A stretch of 63,732 bases of DNA, the filler included, from Octopus bimaculoides (taxonomy: Eukaryota), in assembly GCF_001194135.2 (NCBI RefSeq). It is 8 parts of 8 records of this genome, joined end to end, with 100 filler letters (N's around TTAATTAATTAA, not from the genome) between each part and the next. Parts side by side here need not be neighbours in the genome. Positions count along the whole stretch, not along the records: positions 10,747 to 39,563 come from NC_068998.1; 7 more parts are not named here. One strand, given 5' to 3'. Shown piece after piece: positions 13,926 through 26,395 of the stretch (the first letter of the stretch is position 1; every line of letters begins with the position of its first letter). The notes under the pieces are model-generated. The model saw nothing but the letters and a program-made list of their open reading frames with translations, did no database searches and was not told where the DNA came from. A program made the translations under genes and the position numbers.

Positions 13926-15002
13926 ATGACCAACACACCCAACAAAACCGAATGTTATATTCTTATAGAATACATGAATTCTAGAATGACGGACGCTTTT
14001 TTTCCAGTACTAGTATATCTTGGAATTGCTATGGCACTTGGAACAATTGGGAATTTCTTCGTAGCATATATATATTTTTATAAATTTGTTGAGTCAGCCA
14101 CACATCTGTTCATTGTAGCACTTTCTGTGTGCGATTTTCTAGCTTGCGTAGTATGTATTCCTATAGAAATTGTTATGCTACATTATTCGTTCACCTTCCG
14201 CAGCGATGTTATGTGCCGCTTCATTGGTGCTATTGTGGCTCTAGTAGTGATCAATTCAGGTATGATTGTAACCATTATAGCAGTCGATAGATATAGACTT
14301 ATATGTCAACCTCTTAAACCAAAATTTACTGTTCAGGATTCAAAGAAACTCATAACATTATCAATAATCGCGTCTTTCATTCTTAGTTTACCGGCAGCTT
14401 TTGTGTACAGCAAACAAAACAGAATGGTCAGAGAATGTGGAAATATTGGAGAAGTGTGTTCCTTTGTTACCTATTTAAAAGGCAATGCATATCCTTTAAT
14501 CTATTATGTGGTAATGGCGGGCATTTGCTCTAGTTTGTTTATTTTGATCATGACTCTATACGGTTTAATTGGAATGCGTATTAGGGAAATTTACAAAATA
14601 AAGAAAACGAAAGCAATTCAATTACTTGAACATTCACAAGTTCTTACTACTTCCCAGAATACGTCGAATAATAGTAGACGTTCCAAAGTAAATTTACACG
14701 CTATTACTGCTGTGAGAAAGCGAGCTTTACGGCCAACTAGGACCAATTTAATTTTGTTCATCATCACTGTGATCTGGATTGTCAGTTATTTACCACATTT
14801 CGTTGGAACATTCTGGAGGTTGTTTAGTGAAGATTTCGATAACGTTGCAAGCTATAAAGACCAAAGTCTTTACCATTTTTTGACATTTTCTTATTATATT
14901 AACTGTACTATTAATCCATATATTTATGGACTTTTCAGTGAACAATTTCGTATTCAATTAAGACAGTTATTTAGTAAATTCTTTCGCTTCTCCAATCAAT
15001 AA
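13926..15002 (+). CDS. Orphan class A (rhodopsin-like) GPCR, copy 1; single coding exon, 358 aa
   Basis: Seven hydrophobic segments; TM1 GN, TM2 LSVCD, C3.25 (DVMCR), AVDRY, TM6 SYLPH, TM7 INPYIY. First ATG is at 13926 (the ORF track starts at a TTG). Polypyrimidine tract and CAG acceptor end at 13843. Confidence 0.95.
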   Translation: MTNTPNKTECYILIEYMNSRMTDAFFPVLVYLGIAMALGTIGNFFVAYIYFYKFVESATHLFIVALSVCDFLACVVCIPIEIVMLHYSFTFRSDVMCRFIGAIVALVVINSGMIVTIIAVDRYRLICQPLKPKFTVQDSKKLITLSIIASFILSLPAAFVYSKQNRMVRECGNIGEVCSFVTYLKGNAYPLIYYVVMAGICSSLFILIMTLYGLIGMRIREIYKIKKTKAIQLLEHSQVLTTSQNTSNNSRRSKVNLHAITAVRKRALRPTRTNLILFIITVIWIVSYLPHFVGTFWRLFSEDFDNVASYKDQSLYHFLTFSYYINCTINPYIYGLFSEQFRIQLRQLFSKFFRFSNQ

Positions 15003-16133
15003 CAAATCGAATCAAAGTCATCCTTTTGTAAAATATTTAAACAGCTAAGACGTTTTCGTTTGAGTGATTTATATGCATTTTTCTTTCAAATGAAACAGTT
15101 CCTCATGAAAAGTTACATGATATCATGTTGACATACATCATAAGTTGCATGATGTCATATTGGCATACATCATAAAAATGCTTAGAATATGTAACTACCC
15201 AGATCTAATCATAGTGTATTTGACGATTATGGAATAACTCTAGTGCACATTGAACTAAATGGAAAAAAAATGTTGGTTCCATTAGAAGAGTGGTAACAAG
15301 GATGTGGCGAGTCAGAGGAATCGACGCACAAGAAATAGCCATCAAATCTTTTATCCAAATCATATCATTCCATATTTAGAGAGTAAAAGATACATTGGGT
15401 AATGAAGTCCTAGATTCATTTCATGGCTAATTCAGATAACGAAGAGTGGCCCCCATGACTGTTGCAGGGTTACCGGGACTGGTAAGGCAAAGGAGAAAAC
15501 CCCACGATTCACGTGTGGCTGCAGTAGTAAGCAAAGTGTCAAGGTAACGAGTCCCGGTTTGAATACTTGCTACAGAATAGACTCCGATGAAAGCTGGCAT
15601 TGACGTTAAACCGGACAATGGATTAGGGTCTACCACACAAGGAGCAATATGGATGGGAAAAGATATCAGAGTCATTGCTGGAACATATTCACCGCATAGG
15701 TCTGCTTAGTTAGGGATTACTTAGAGCAACGCAACCACCACCACCACCACCATGTAAATTCGAACTTCCCATGTGCCATGCAAACAGGCATGGGTGACTA
15801 TGGGCCTCCATACTAAAGTCTGAAGATTCACAAGTTTTCTCACTGCCTTCTGCTTATGTTTTTACAGTTTGTCGCCTGCTCTCCCGAGTTTACCCACAAG
15901 ACACAGCGCCTATTTTGGGTAGAGCGTCTGGTCCACATGACATCAGGGCACGTTCACTCACTAGCACAGGTAGTGTGCTCGCACTCCTTAAAATCTCAAA
16001 ACAAGAACAAAGGATGAGAATTAAAAAAAAAAGCTGGAAATATTTACTAACAAAGATGGTCATAAAATTCCCAAGGGAATTCCCTAGAAAGATATATAAC
16101 TTAACTAAAGCAGCACCAACATCAAAATTAAAA

Positions 16134-16169
<36 letters not shown>

Positions 16170-16205
16170 TGTAAATGCAAAAAATAACAACAAAAACACA
16201 AAGGA

Positions 16206-16278
16206 TTCTGCGGTACACGTGTTTCAAGCTTTATATCAGTGTATAATTGACAATACAAAGCTATCTTCAGTCGCAAAA
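16206..16278 (-). ncRNA. Type I hammerhead-ribozyme-like motif
   Basis: Minus strand TTTTGCGA-CTGAAGA-tAGCTTT...AAAGCTt-GAAACACGTGTA-CCGCAGAA. Seven-bp helix I with an A.C mismatch at the junction, helix II of 6-12 bp, palindromic helix III ACACGTGT. Confidence 0.65.
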
Positions 16279-16575
16279 GTATTTCTCTCCCAAGAAATTA
16301 TATCACATCGGCGTTATATATACACACAATGAAAAGAAGAAGACAGAAAATTCTTGAACATTTCTTTAATTATAAGTTACACTTGTTTCCGTACCATTTC
16401 CATTTGCAACGCCAATTTACGGGATAATTCTAAAAGAAAAATTACATAAATCATGCGTTCCAGTTTAGATAAAATGACCTAATCTGCTTTCGCTGTCATA
16501 ACTGCTTAGAGGATTAAGTGAGCCGAAGGGGAACGGAAGATTAATACTTAGACAAGTAGTTTCATGTTCGTGCAA

Positions 16576-16620
<45 letters not shown>

Positions 16621-16713
16621 CATATATAGACATACATATATAGACATACATATATAGACATACATATATAGACATTCATATACACACAAACGAAGACAGA
16701 CACACACACTCAC

Positions 16714-16757
<44 letters not shown>

Positions 16758-16780
16758 TACGCATATACATGATTATTGAC

Positions 16781-17377
16781 ATTGTCTCTCTTTTCTACCC
16801 ATTTCTCTATCCTTCTCCTCATCCGCCTTCTCTCCTCTCCTGTCTTCTCTCCTTTCTTATTGTCTCTCTTTTCTACCCATTTCTCTATCCTTCTCCTCAT
16901 CCGCCTTCTCTCCTCTCCTGTCTTCTCTCCTTTCTTGTTTGTAAAACCCTCTCTATCAATTTCTATTCGCCTCCCTCTTTACCTATCTGCAACCTTTCTA
17001 CTTTCCATTTCACTGCGACTCTTTACTACTTTCCTCCATTTCTTTCTCTGTCCATCTCTACCAGCTACCTGCTATCTATCTTTACTCCTCTGGACTCTTC
17101 CTACTTACTCTTCTCCAATCTTCTCTTCTCCAATCTTCTCTTCTCCAATCTTCTCTTCTCCAATCTTCTCCACTCTTCTCTTCTCTTCTCCAATCTTCTC
17201 TTCTCTTCTCCAATCTTCTCCAATCTTCTCCAAACTTCTCCAATCTTCTCTTCTCTTCTCCAATCTTCTCTTCTCTTCTCCAATCTTCTCCAATCTTCTC
17301 TACTCTTCTCCAATCTTCTCTTCTCTTCTCCAATCTTCTCCAATCTTCTCCAAACTTCTCCAATCTTCTCTTCTCTT
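16781..17377 (+). repeat. Pyrimidine-rich repeats: 78-bp duplication, then a (CTTCT/CAATCTTCTC)n satellite running into a gap
   Basis: 16781-16858 repeats at 16859-16936; the satellite runs from about 17095. Confidence 0.9.
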
Positions 17378-18834
17378 NNNNNNNNNNNNNNNNNNNNNNN
17401 NNNNNNNNNNNNNNNNNNNNNNNNNNNNNNNNNNNNNNNNNNNNNNNNNNNNNNNNNNNNNNNNNNNNNNNNNNNNNNNNNNNNNNNNNNNNNNNNNNNN
17501 NNNNNNNNNNNNNNNNNNNNNNNNNNNNNNNNNNNNNNNNNNNNNNNNNNNNNNNNNNNNNNNNNNNNNNNNNNNNNNNNNNNNNNNNNNNNNNNNNNNN
17601 NNNNNNNNNNNNNNNNNNNNNNNNNNNNNNNNNNNNNNNNNNNNNNNNNNNNNNNNNNNNNNNNNNNNNNNNNNNNNNNNNNNNNNNNNNNNNNNNNNNN
17701 NNNNNNNNNNNNNNNNNNNNNNNNNNNNNNNNNNNNNNNNNNNNNNNNNNNNNNNNNNNNNNNNNNNNNNNNNNNNNNNNNNNNNNNNNNNNNNNNNNNN
17801 NNNNNNNNNNNNNNNNNNNNNNNNNNNNNNNNNNNNNNNNNNNNNNNNNNNNNNNNNNNNNNNNNNNNNNNNNNNNNNNNNNNNNNNNNNNNNNNNNNNN
17901 NNNNNNNNNNNNNNNNNNNNNNNNNNNNNNNNNNNNNNNNNNNNNNNNNNNNNNNNNNNNNNNNNNNNNNNNNNNNNNNNNNNNNNNNNNNNNNNNNNNN
18001 NNNNNNNNNNNNNNNNNNNNNNNNNNNNNNNNNNNNNNNNNNNNNNNNNNNNNNNNNNNNNNNNNNNNNNNNNNNNNNNNNNNNNNNNNNNNNNNNNNNN
18101 NNNNNNNNNNNNNNNNNNNNNNNNNNNNNNNNNNNNNNNNNNNNNNNNNNNNNNNNNNNNNNNNNNNNNNNNNNNNNNNNNNNNNNNNNNNNNNNNNNNN
18201 NNNNNNNNNNNNNNNTGGTGACCCCGGCCTTCGTCCTTCGAGTCTTCTACACCTTAGTCATACGATCACATTCAGCTATTTTTTGAAACATAACTGGGGT
18301 TCTTGATCGGGTACTTTTTGGTTATTTCACCTCCATTAACAAATTGCCATTAAAAAATTTGGGTTATCTCCCCACTAAAAAGTTGAGTTAATGTGGCTGC
18401 AAGAGATTGGATTAAAAGAGTTAGATCCCTTTGATTCAATACTTCAACACATTGGTGATGTTTGGTCTCCTCAATAGGTATGGTACGATTTGTTATAAAA
18501 ATGTTATCAGAATCAATAAGATGTTTAATTTATGAAAATATTCAAAATAATGAAAATATTCAAAATAAAGCGATTACCTACGTACCATGATTTCGTTGTT
18601 AATATTTACGAATGTAAATATCTGCATACTCATCAGCGTAGCCTGTCGCTTACAAAGCATAATTTCCAGAACTAGACACAGAACGTTCACCCGAAAGAGA
18701 ATGTGTATAAAGTTCTGCAAATTATATCTGAGGGGATCTTTCAAATGTCTTCATTTTGGCGCGTTGAGGCCGGAAATAACTCTGCAGTTAATAAATTACC
18801 GTAGCTAATTTACCGGTTAGAGAACATTGTTATT

Positions 18835-18983
18835 TAGAAATTAAACAATGAGAGTAGAAAATGATATCAATCAATTAACCTCAATTTAAACCAGTGGCCT
18901 AGCATATTTAAAAAATCCGAAGATTGGCTTAAATTGATGTTAATTGATTAATGTCAATTCCTACCCTCATTATTTAATTTCTA
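18835..18983. mobile_element. Foldback/MITE-like element with about 60-bp inverted arms
   Basis: TAGAAATTAAACAATGAGAGTAGAAAATGA... versus ...TCAATTCCTACCCTCATTATTTAATTTCTA. Confidence 0.65.
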
Positions 18984-19169
18984 CACACACATACAGACAC
19001 ACAGACACACTGTAAGTTATATTTTTACTTCCAGTTTGGCGCCGAATTCTGCAAAGAATGTGTACAGCAAGGGAAACATATTTGCAGAGCACTGGACTAA
19101 GAGAAGGTAGCTCTACACAAACCCTGCATCCGGGTAACAAATGAGTTCATGGCACTCGTTGCATTAGAC

Positions 19170-19496
19170 CAAGGGTTCTCAACCATTTTCGCATATGGAC
19201 CCCTTTGATTTTCATTTTATTCTAGCGGACTCCCGTAGCCATTTGATGTTTAAAAGCTTAGTTTTATAAAAACTTCTTTCAAAATCCCTATTTTGTTTTT
19301 CACACATTAACTTGTGTATGGTAAACTATGTAAAATGTTGAAGAAAGAAATTTAGCTGTTTCTTGCAATACATACCAATACATACGTCTAAAGCAAATTT
19401 TTTTCGGGAGTCCAAAATACGATTGTGGATCCCCAAACTTTATGAACCACTAAAAATTTTATGTGGACCCTCATAAAAATTTTATGAGAACCATTG
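19170..19496. mobile_element. hAT-type MITE, 327 bp
   Basis: TIRs CAAGGGTTCTCA / TGAGAACCATTG; perfect 8-bp TSD CATTAGAC at 19162-19169 and 19497-19504. Confidence 0.9.
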
Positions 19497-19766
19497 CATT
19501 AGACCAATACCAGTTTGAAGAACGAGAGAATGGGACTGGCTCTGCACAAACCATGCTTACTGTAATAATATTCATGGTGTGGGTTGTTCAGCAAATCAGT
19601 TCACCAGCATAACAATATCACACTTTCATTATAAATCCGGTGGCAATTGTTTTCTTTTAGACGTTTCTTGCTGAATTCTCATTCATCGCGGCGATGCGAG
19701 TCCAACATAGTTCTGTGCAAATATGTATGAGTACATGCATGCACTTGATGGTGACATACGACTATG

Positions 19767-19964
19767 TACGAAGGGGTGCTGAAAAGTTCCTGGCTTTAAG
19801 GGCGTTGCGAAAGGCCTGGCTGGAGGCCTAGCTTTCCGAGTTCTTTTACAGGGCTTAGGAAAACTGAATGACTGCTGCAAAAAATGTGTGAATCTGAGAG
19901 GGGAGTATGTTGAATAAAATGAACTGAACCTCCTGTATTTTCTTTTACCCAAAGCCAAGAACTT
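19767..19964 (+). mobile_element. Mariner-derived MITE (right TIR truncated)
   Basis: TACGAAGGGGTGCTGAAAAGTTCCTGGCTTT ... AAAGCCAAGAACTT; homologous to 30191-30413. Confidence 0.8.
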
Positions 19965-20142
19965 GCTTTTCTCATGATCATCTTTATGTTGTTTGCTCCA
20001 AGGCTTTCAACACTTATTTGTCTATGCTCCAAACCAGAAAACAAAGAATGTTGTTTACCCAGATGCTCTTACATAATTTCCTTCAACATATGTGATATAA
20101 TTTATTGCCCTTCATACAAGTGGTGAATTTTGTATTTTCGTC

Positions 20143-20690
20143 TATTATTATTATTATTATTATTATTGTTCAGTAGTTTTATTTTTATAACGTGCTTTCA
20201 CTTCACTACCGAGCGCAGCTCTGTGCGCCTTGGGTATGTGCTATGGTTTGATGTGGTGCTCTTATGTTTACTGTATTGAAAGTGTTTTGCGTAGAATGTG
20301 TGCAGTACCCAGTAGTGCAATTTTCTGTATGTTATATATATTTGTAAGTCCTGGTGTTTTTGTTATGTATTTGTCTGAATATATTTTTATTATACCTAAG
20401 GCACCTACTATGATAGGAATTGTTTCTGTTTTTAGATTCCACATTCGAGTTATCTCTATTTCCAGGTCTTTGTATTTTGAAAGTTTTTCCATTTCTTTTA
20501 GAGAAACGTTGTCATCTGCTGGTATTGATACATCAATTAGAAAGCATTTTTTTCCTTCATGATCTTTGACAACTATATCTGGTCTATTTGCCTTAATTTC
20601 TCTATCTGTGTGTATTGGCATATCCCAGAGTATGGTTGCTTTCTCGTTTTCTGTGACCTTTTCTGGCGTGTGTTTATACGTGTGTTTCTT
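20143..20690 (-). mobile_element. Dong/R4-type LINE 3' end (restriction-like endonuclease domain, 3' UTR, (TAA)n tail)
   Basis: ILWD..IHTDREIKANRPDIVVKD...LIDVSIP...KYKDL PD-(D/E)xK-type motif; abuts (TAA)n at 20143-20167. Confidence 0.88.
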
Positions 20691-21528
20691 ACGCATTTTT
20701 TAATTGAAGAATGAGAATATTACTCCATTACAAAAAATCCATAATCATCAGATGAAACGTAATTAAAAAAAAAAAGAATATCCGAAGAATACAGCAGGGA
20801 CGCGGCTGAAATCTGTTGAGGCTAACTATGAAATGGGAGAATGACCAGCAAAGTGGGGCATTGTGGGTATTAGGAGGTGGGGTTAGGTTAAGAATGTAGT
20901 TTGCGAAAGGGTGTAATATGATATTTAAGGTCACTGTTCCGGGTGAGATAGGAGTCTGCTAAACCGGTTCTTTGGTAGGCTAGAGGTGGGGTGTAGGTAA
21001 TATTTTATTATACGAGGCTTAGAGAATCGGGTAGCTGGGAGAAGACTGAAGAATTTTGAATATAAAGGGTAAAGAATAAAGAAAGTAAGAAGTAGAAGTG
21101 AAGAAATATAAATGCATAAATAAATTTGGCATAGGGTCGGGGTTGAGGATTCGCTAGCTAAGGATAAAAAACAAAGGGAGGAGGGTAGAGATGCACAGAA
21201 TTTAGGGGTATTCTGTGTGTGTGTATATGTATGTAGTATGAATATGTGCGTATTAAAATATCTTCCTACATGATATAAATACAAAGAAAAGGGATGGCAA
21301 AACATATATTTGATCGAAATCCCTGAAGATAGTGCTTCAGCATGGTAACAGACATTTACTGAAATCAATAAAGAATAACATTTTGCAAAAATAAACATTT
21401 TTTTCATTGTAATCATTATATTCGTGTTTATTACTATGATTTGACGATGGCTTTATCGCGTCAACACAGTTGTTTAGCTAGCAGTATGTAATCCATAACT
21501 TTGCACGTCTATGAGTAAAGATGTTCCA

Positions 21529-21596
21529 GCCAGAACTCTTCTGTCTTTTGCCAGAACTCTTCTGTCTTTTGCCAGAACTCTTCTGTCTTTTGCCAG
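21529..21596 (+). repeat. 21-bp tandem repeat, three perfect copies
   Basis: GCCAGAACTCTTCTGTCTTTT x3 + GCCAG. Confidence 0.95.
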
Positions 21597-22187
21597 CTAA
21601 TATACCTCCTTTGTTGTAGACACTAATCCGGCGACTTGTTTTACGCAGATACAGTCCATTATGGAAGTCCATACTGTGGTGTATTTTCGTATCAACGTCC
21701 TGTTATCTTGTTGGCTTGCTTTCTACAGTAGCTAGACGTGATGAGCCGAGGGGTTTTTTTCCTCTCTTTCCCCTTACCAAATCCAGGAGACATTTTTTTA
21801 TGACGGCGAGAAGGTTAGTTGTAATAAGCGCGCTCTCAATCGACTGACTTCATCGTTGTTGTAATTGCTGTCATGGGTACAACAAAGTTATGCTTTTGAT
21901 GCGAAATACTATGTAGATATTCCATAATCGTCTATTACACTTTGATTACATCCATGAAGGTTAATATTCAGAATATATATTTAAAACTTTGCATCAATAT
22001 GATATCGTTTAGTTTTTTAAAATCAGAAATTGTATCATTTGAAGGATGCATGCATATCGGTGTCTCATATGAAAAGATTAAATACTTGTTAAAATGATTT
22101 AAATTGAGAAGAACTTTGCTTCATTTAAGGTAATATGTATCGCTAGTGAACAATTATAAAGTAATGAATTTAAGGAGATTCAATATT

Positions 22188-23258
22188 TTATTTCCTACCT
22201 AATGCGCGAATGTTATGGAATAAGTCTCTTAATTCGACACGAAACTGTCGGTTGCAAAGTCCATAAACATATGGGTTAATCGCACAGTTGGGGTAATAAG
22301 AAAGCAATAAAAAAGCGCTAAGTTGTTGGTCACTTTGAGTTACAGTGTCATAGAAATTTTCAACGGACAATTTCCAGAATATTGAAATGAAATGTGGTAC
22401 ATAACTGGTAACCCAGAGCAACGTGATGACGAAGAAAATGAAATTGGTCTGAGTTGGGTGCAATGAATGTCTTCTAACACAGCGAAACTTTGGTATGCTT
22501 GGAGGAGTTTCCTCGTCTTCCCCCTCGTCAAATTGGGAAGCGATCGATGAAAATTTAAGAACTTGCGATAGTCTATATTTTTTTACTTTGTCAATTTCCG
22601 CAATACGTATTGCAATTAATGAGTATAATATCATAAGAACAATAAAGATTAAAAGCCAAGAAGTCACCCCGATAATATAGTAGACGAAAGGAAAGACTGT
22701 TCTTTGCCAACTTTTAGTAAGTGAACATATTTCTCCAATATTTCCACATTGCCTGACTAACCTGTTTCCTTGGCTGTGTAGCAAAAGCATTGGAGAACTA
22801 AGAAAAGTAGATAAAAGTATTAAAGATAGTAGAATTTTCTTTGAATTTTCGAATGAAATTTGTTCTTCAAGAGGTCGACATACAAGTCTATATCTATCGA
22901 TTGCTATCATGAATACAATAAAACCTGAACTGATTACTACTATAGCAACAAAAAATACCATTAAACGGCATACAATATCACTGCTGAACGTGAAGGAATG
23001 ATGCAAGAGTACTATGTCGAAGGGTATGCATATTGCACAAGTTAGAAGATCGCACACGGAAAGTGCGACAACAAACATCTGTGTAGTCGAAATTTCGAAT
23101 TTGTAACAGTAGATATAAAAAGTGAAGACATTTCCAATTATTCCAAACATCATAAAAAGTGAGAGATATACTATTACAGGAAAATAGACATCCACCATTT
23201 CAGCCTCTAGTTCTTCTCTAATGTCAACACAAACATTGGTGCTATTATTTTGGCTCAT
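22188..23258 (-). CDS. Orphan class A GPCR, copy 2; single coding exon, 356 aa
   Basis: 7TM pattern; IGN, LSVCD, AIDRY, SYVPH, INPYVY. ATG at 23258 (MSQNNST). Upstream acceptor ttttctctatttccag| places the exon start at 23344. Confidence 0.95.
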   Translation of the reverse strand: MSQNNSTNVCVDIREELEAEMVDVYFPVIVYLSLFMMFGIIGNVFTFYIYCYKFEISTTQMFVVALSVCDLLTCAICIPFDIVLLHHSFTFSSDIVCRLMVFFVAIVVISSGFIVFMIAIDRYRLVCRPLEEQISFENSKKILLSLILLSTFLSSPMLLLHSQGNRLVRQCGNIGEICSLTKSWQRTVFPFVYYIIGVTSWLLIFIVLMILYSLIAIRIAEIDKVKKYRLSQVLKFSSIASQFDEGEDEETPPSIPKFRCVRRHSLHPTQTNFIFFVITLLWVTSYVPHFISIFWKLSVENFYDTVTQSDQQLSAFLLLSYYPNCAINPYVYGLCNRQFRVELRDLFHNIRALGRK

Positions 23259-24135
23259 TTTCTTCTTTTTTTGTCGCCTATAGAGAATATGCTTTGAAAC
23301 TTTCAAGACAGCGTTCTATTTTGCAGAGATATTTGGTATAGTTCCTGGAAATAGAGAAAACAGTGGGGAACAATTATTTTAGTCCAAGGAACAGGTTGGA
23401 ATATTGATTTCAAACTTTGGCATAAGAACAGTAATTGAGGGAGGAGGGGGTAAGTCTGTTACGTCTTACCCAGTGTTCAACTGGTACATATTTAATTGAC
23501 CCCGTCGAAGGGAAGAAAGGCAAAGTCGACTTCGGTGGAATTTGAACTGAGAATGTAAAGACNNNNNNNNNNNNNNNNNNNNNNNNNNNNNNNNNNNNNN
23601 NNNNNNNNNNNNNNNNNNNNNNNNNNNNNNNNNNNNNNNNNNNNNNNNNNNNNNNNNNNNNNNNNNNNNNNNNNNNNNNNNNNNNNNNNNNNNNNNNNNN
23701 NNNNNNNNNNNNNNNNNNNNNNNNNNNNNNNNNNNNNNNNNNNNNNNNNNNNNNNNNNNNNNNNNNNNNNNNNNNNNNNNNNNNNNNNNNNNNNNNNNNN
23801 NNNNNNNNNNNNNNNNNNNNNNNNNNNNNNNNNNNNNNNNNNNNNNNNNNNNNNNNNNNNNNNNNNNNNNNNNNNNNNNNNNNNNNNNNNNNNNNNNNNN
23901 NNNNNNNNNNNNNNNNNNNNNNNNNNNNNNNNNNNNNNNNNNNNNNNNNNNNNNNNNNNNNNNNNNNNNNNNNNNNNNNNNNNNNNNNNNNNNNNNNNNN
24001 NNNNNNNNNNNNNNNNNNNNNNNNNNNNNNNNNNNNNNNNNNNNNNNNNNNNNNNNNNNNNNNNNNNNNNNNNNNNNNNNNNNNNNNNNNNNNNNNNNNN
24101 NNNNNNNNNNNNNNNNNNNNNNNNNNNNNNNNNNN

Positions 24136-24236
24136 NTAACTTACGGGAACGTAAATACACCAATACCAGTTGTCAAGCAGTGTTGTGGAGTGGTGGTGGG
24201 GGGGACAAACATGGACACAAAGGCACACGCACACAT

Positions 24237-24283
<47 letters not shown>

Positions 24284-24470
24284 CACACATACACACGCAC
24301 AGATATACATCGGGCTTCTTTCAGTTTCTGCCTACCAAATCCACTCACAAGGTTTTGGTCGGCTCGAGGCTGCAGTAGAGGACACTTGTCCAAGTTTCCA
24401 CGCAGTGGGACTGAACCCGGAACCATGTGGTTGGGAAGCAAGCATCTTACCACGCAGCCATTTTGTGTCT
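24136..24470 (-). mobile_element. SINE family A copy
   Basis: Collinear with 41845-42243; tail truncated by a gap. Confidence 0.85.
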
Positions 24471-24810
24471 GTTGAAAATACGTCCGTACCGATTTGTGAA
24501 CGTGTGAAGTGTTTATCTAGTAGCCTAAGGAATATCCTATCTACGCACATTTTTGCGTTGTGTCTATTGAAAATGCGTCCGTACCTATGTACCATTCTAG
24601 TTAATACCCTTAGGCTACGGGCGGACGTGGGAGGTTCATGCAGGGACTACAACAGAAGCCGAGTGGGAGACCATTGCGAAACCAAGCGAGTCGTTTATGG
24701 AGCTGAAGTGGCAGCCGAACCTAGTAGCAGTAGCATCAGTAGCTGCTTTCCCAACGACTACTACATTTGTAAAGAATTAACAGGATATAGTATATAAACC
24801 AAAAAATGTG

Positions 24811-24860
<50 letters not shown>

Positions 24861-25109
24861 GATCTTTTATAGGTCGGACAATAATCAACGATGAACAAGA
24901 GACGTTACGTAAGCCATATAGGTATATTCATTTGAGGACTGTTAGATAGCAAACATCAATCGAATTGGCGAGAAGCAATATATGAGCATTATTTGTGTTT
25001 ATTAATACTGTAGTATAAATATACTACTGTATATTTGACATCATTGACAGGAGAGAGTTAATAAACCATATAGGAGTGTATACATATATATGTATGTGTG
25101 TGTATGTGT

Positions 25110-25141
<32 letters not shown>

Positions 25142-25144
25142 ACA

Positions 25145-25252
<108 letters not shown>

Positions 25253-25454
25253 AATATATAATTTAGAGACAAGAACCAAAGTTCATGAACTCATCCATGA
25301 AAATCCACAGTCACATATAGAGAAAATTAATAAGTAAATACACTATAAAGAAGTATAATAAAATACAAAGTAAAAATCATAAAATAATAATAATAAAACG
25401 ACTACACGTGTTTCATAACCAAATTTTCAAATAGAAATAGAATATATATATTCT

Positions 25455-26395
25455 CATTTCCAGATCTTTTCTTTTCTTGTACAATCTATTTATATTTGCT
25501 TTAGGGTGTAAAGCTCCGTACTTTCTCTTCTTTCTATCCAGCTTTGACATTTCTTCTTCAGTCCATCTGAGAGTGAACGCACTATATCGAACCACTGCGA
25601 CTGACCAGATATGTTGATTGAGGTAACTAGATTTCTCGCATTCAGGTTGGATTTTAAATTAAATTTACTCCTAAACTTTTCTTTCATTTTTGCATGTAGA
25701 ATATCATCCAGTACTAAAATCCACAAATACATGTATTCACTATCTTCTGGTTTCCCTATGATTTCTCCCGATGGCTGCCGCAATCCACTACAAGCTGTTT
25801 TCTTCCCCCTTTTCTTACTGAGCCCAATATTCCGTACCGATGTCGCTGCTGCATTTCTGGACTGTTTCAATCAAATAATCAATCTGGTTTACAAAATTCT
25901 CAAAGCGCTTTAGGTCATCCATAAACAGAAGACGGCTTGTGAATAGTCCTGTCTTTCCACATTGGTAACCCATTTTAACTTTCCTGAGTGTCAGTATTAT
26001 AGGTATAAATGCTATGACAAATGCTAATGGCTAAAAACAATTATATTGGAAGATAACCCTTTAATTTCCATCTCCAAGAAATACATTGCTTGAGTACAAC
26101 ATGGTCTTCCACTCTGGGATACTATTCAGAAGAAAATTATTGTATATTGTGGCTGGGTCTCTGGAAAGACAAATCCATGCGAATGGAAGGCATCGTGAGG
26201 CGTCAGACCGACGAACTGGTTAAACTGTTCGGTGTCTGGTCCAACAATACCAAGCATCTGCAGACAGTCAACAATCCAAGCATGAGGTACCGTATCGTAT
26301 GCATTCCTAAAATTCATCCAGACTATAGACATGTTAGTGTAATGTTTCTTTACAATGCCTCAAAACTGTTTCACCGATAAACAGGTGATCATTGG
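25455..26395 (-). mobile_element. Dong/R4-type LINE RT fragments, decayed
   Basis: WMNFRNAYDTVPHAWI (RT motif) and RYSAFTLRWTEEEMSKLDRKKRKYGALHPKANINRLY. Confidence 0.75.

Noticed and set aside
16769-18286. 505-aa and 481-aa ORFs
   Set aside because: Translations of a pyrimidine satellite plus N-gap.
20930-21270. Mitochondrial insertion (NUMT)
   Set aside because: Composition is suggestive only; I could not recognise any mitochondrial protein, rRNA or tRNA.
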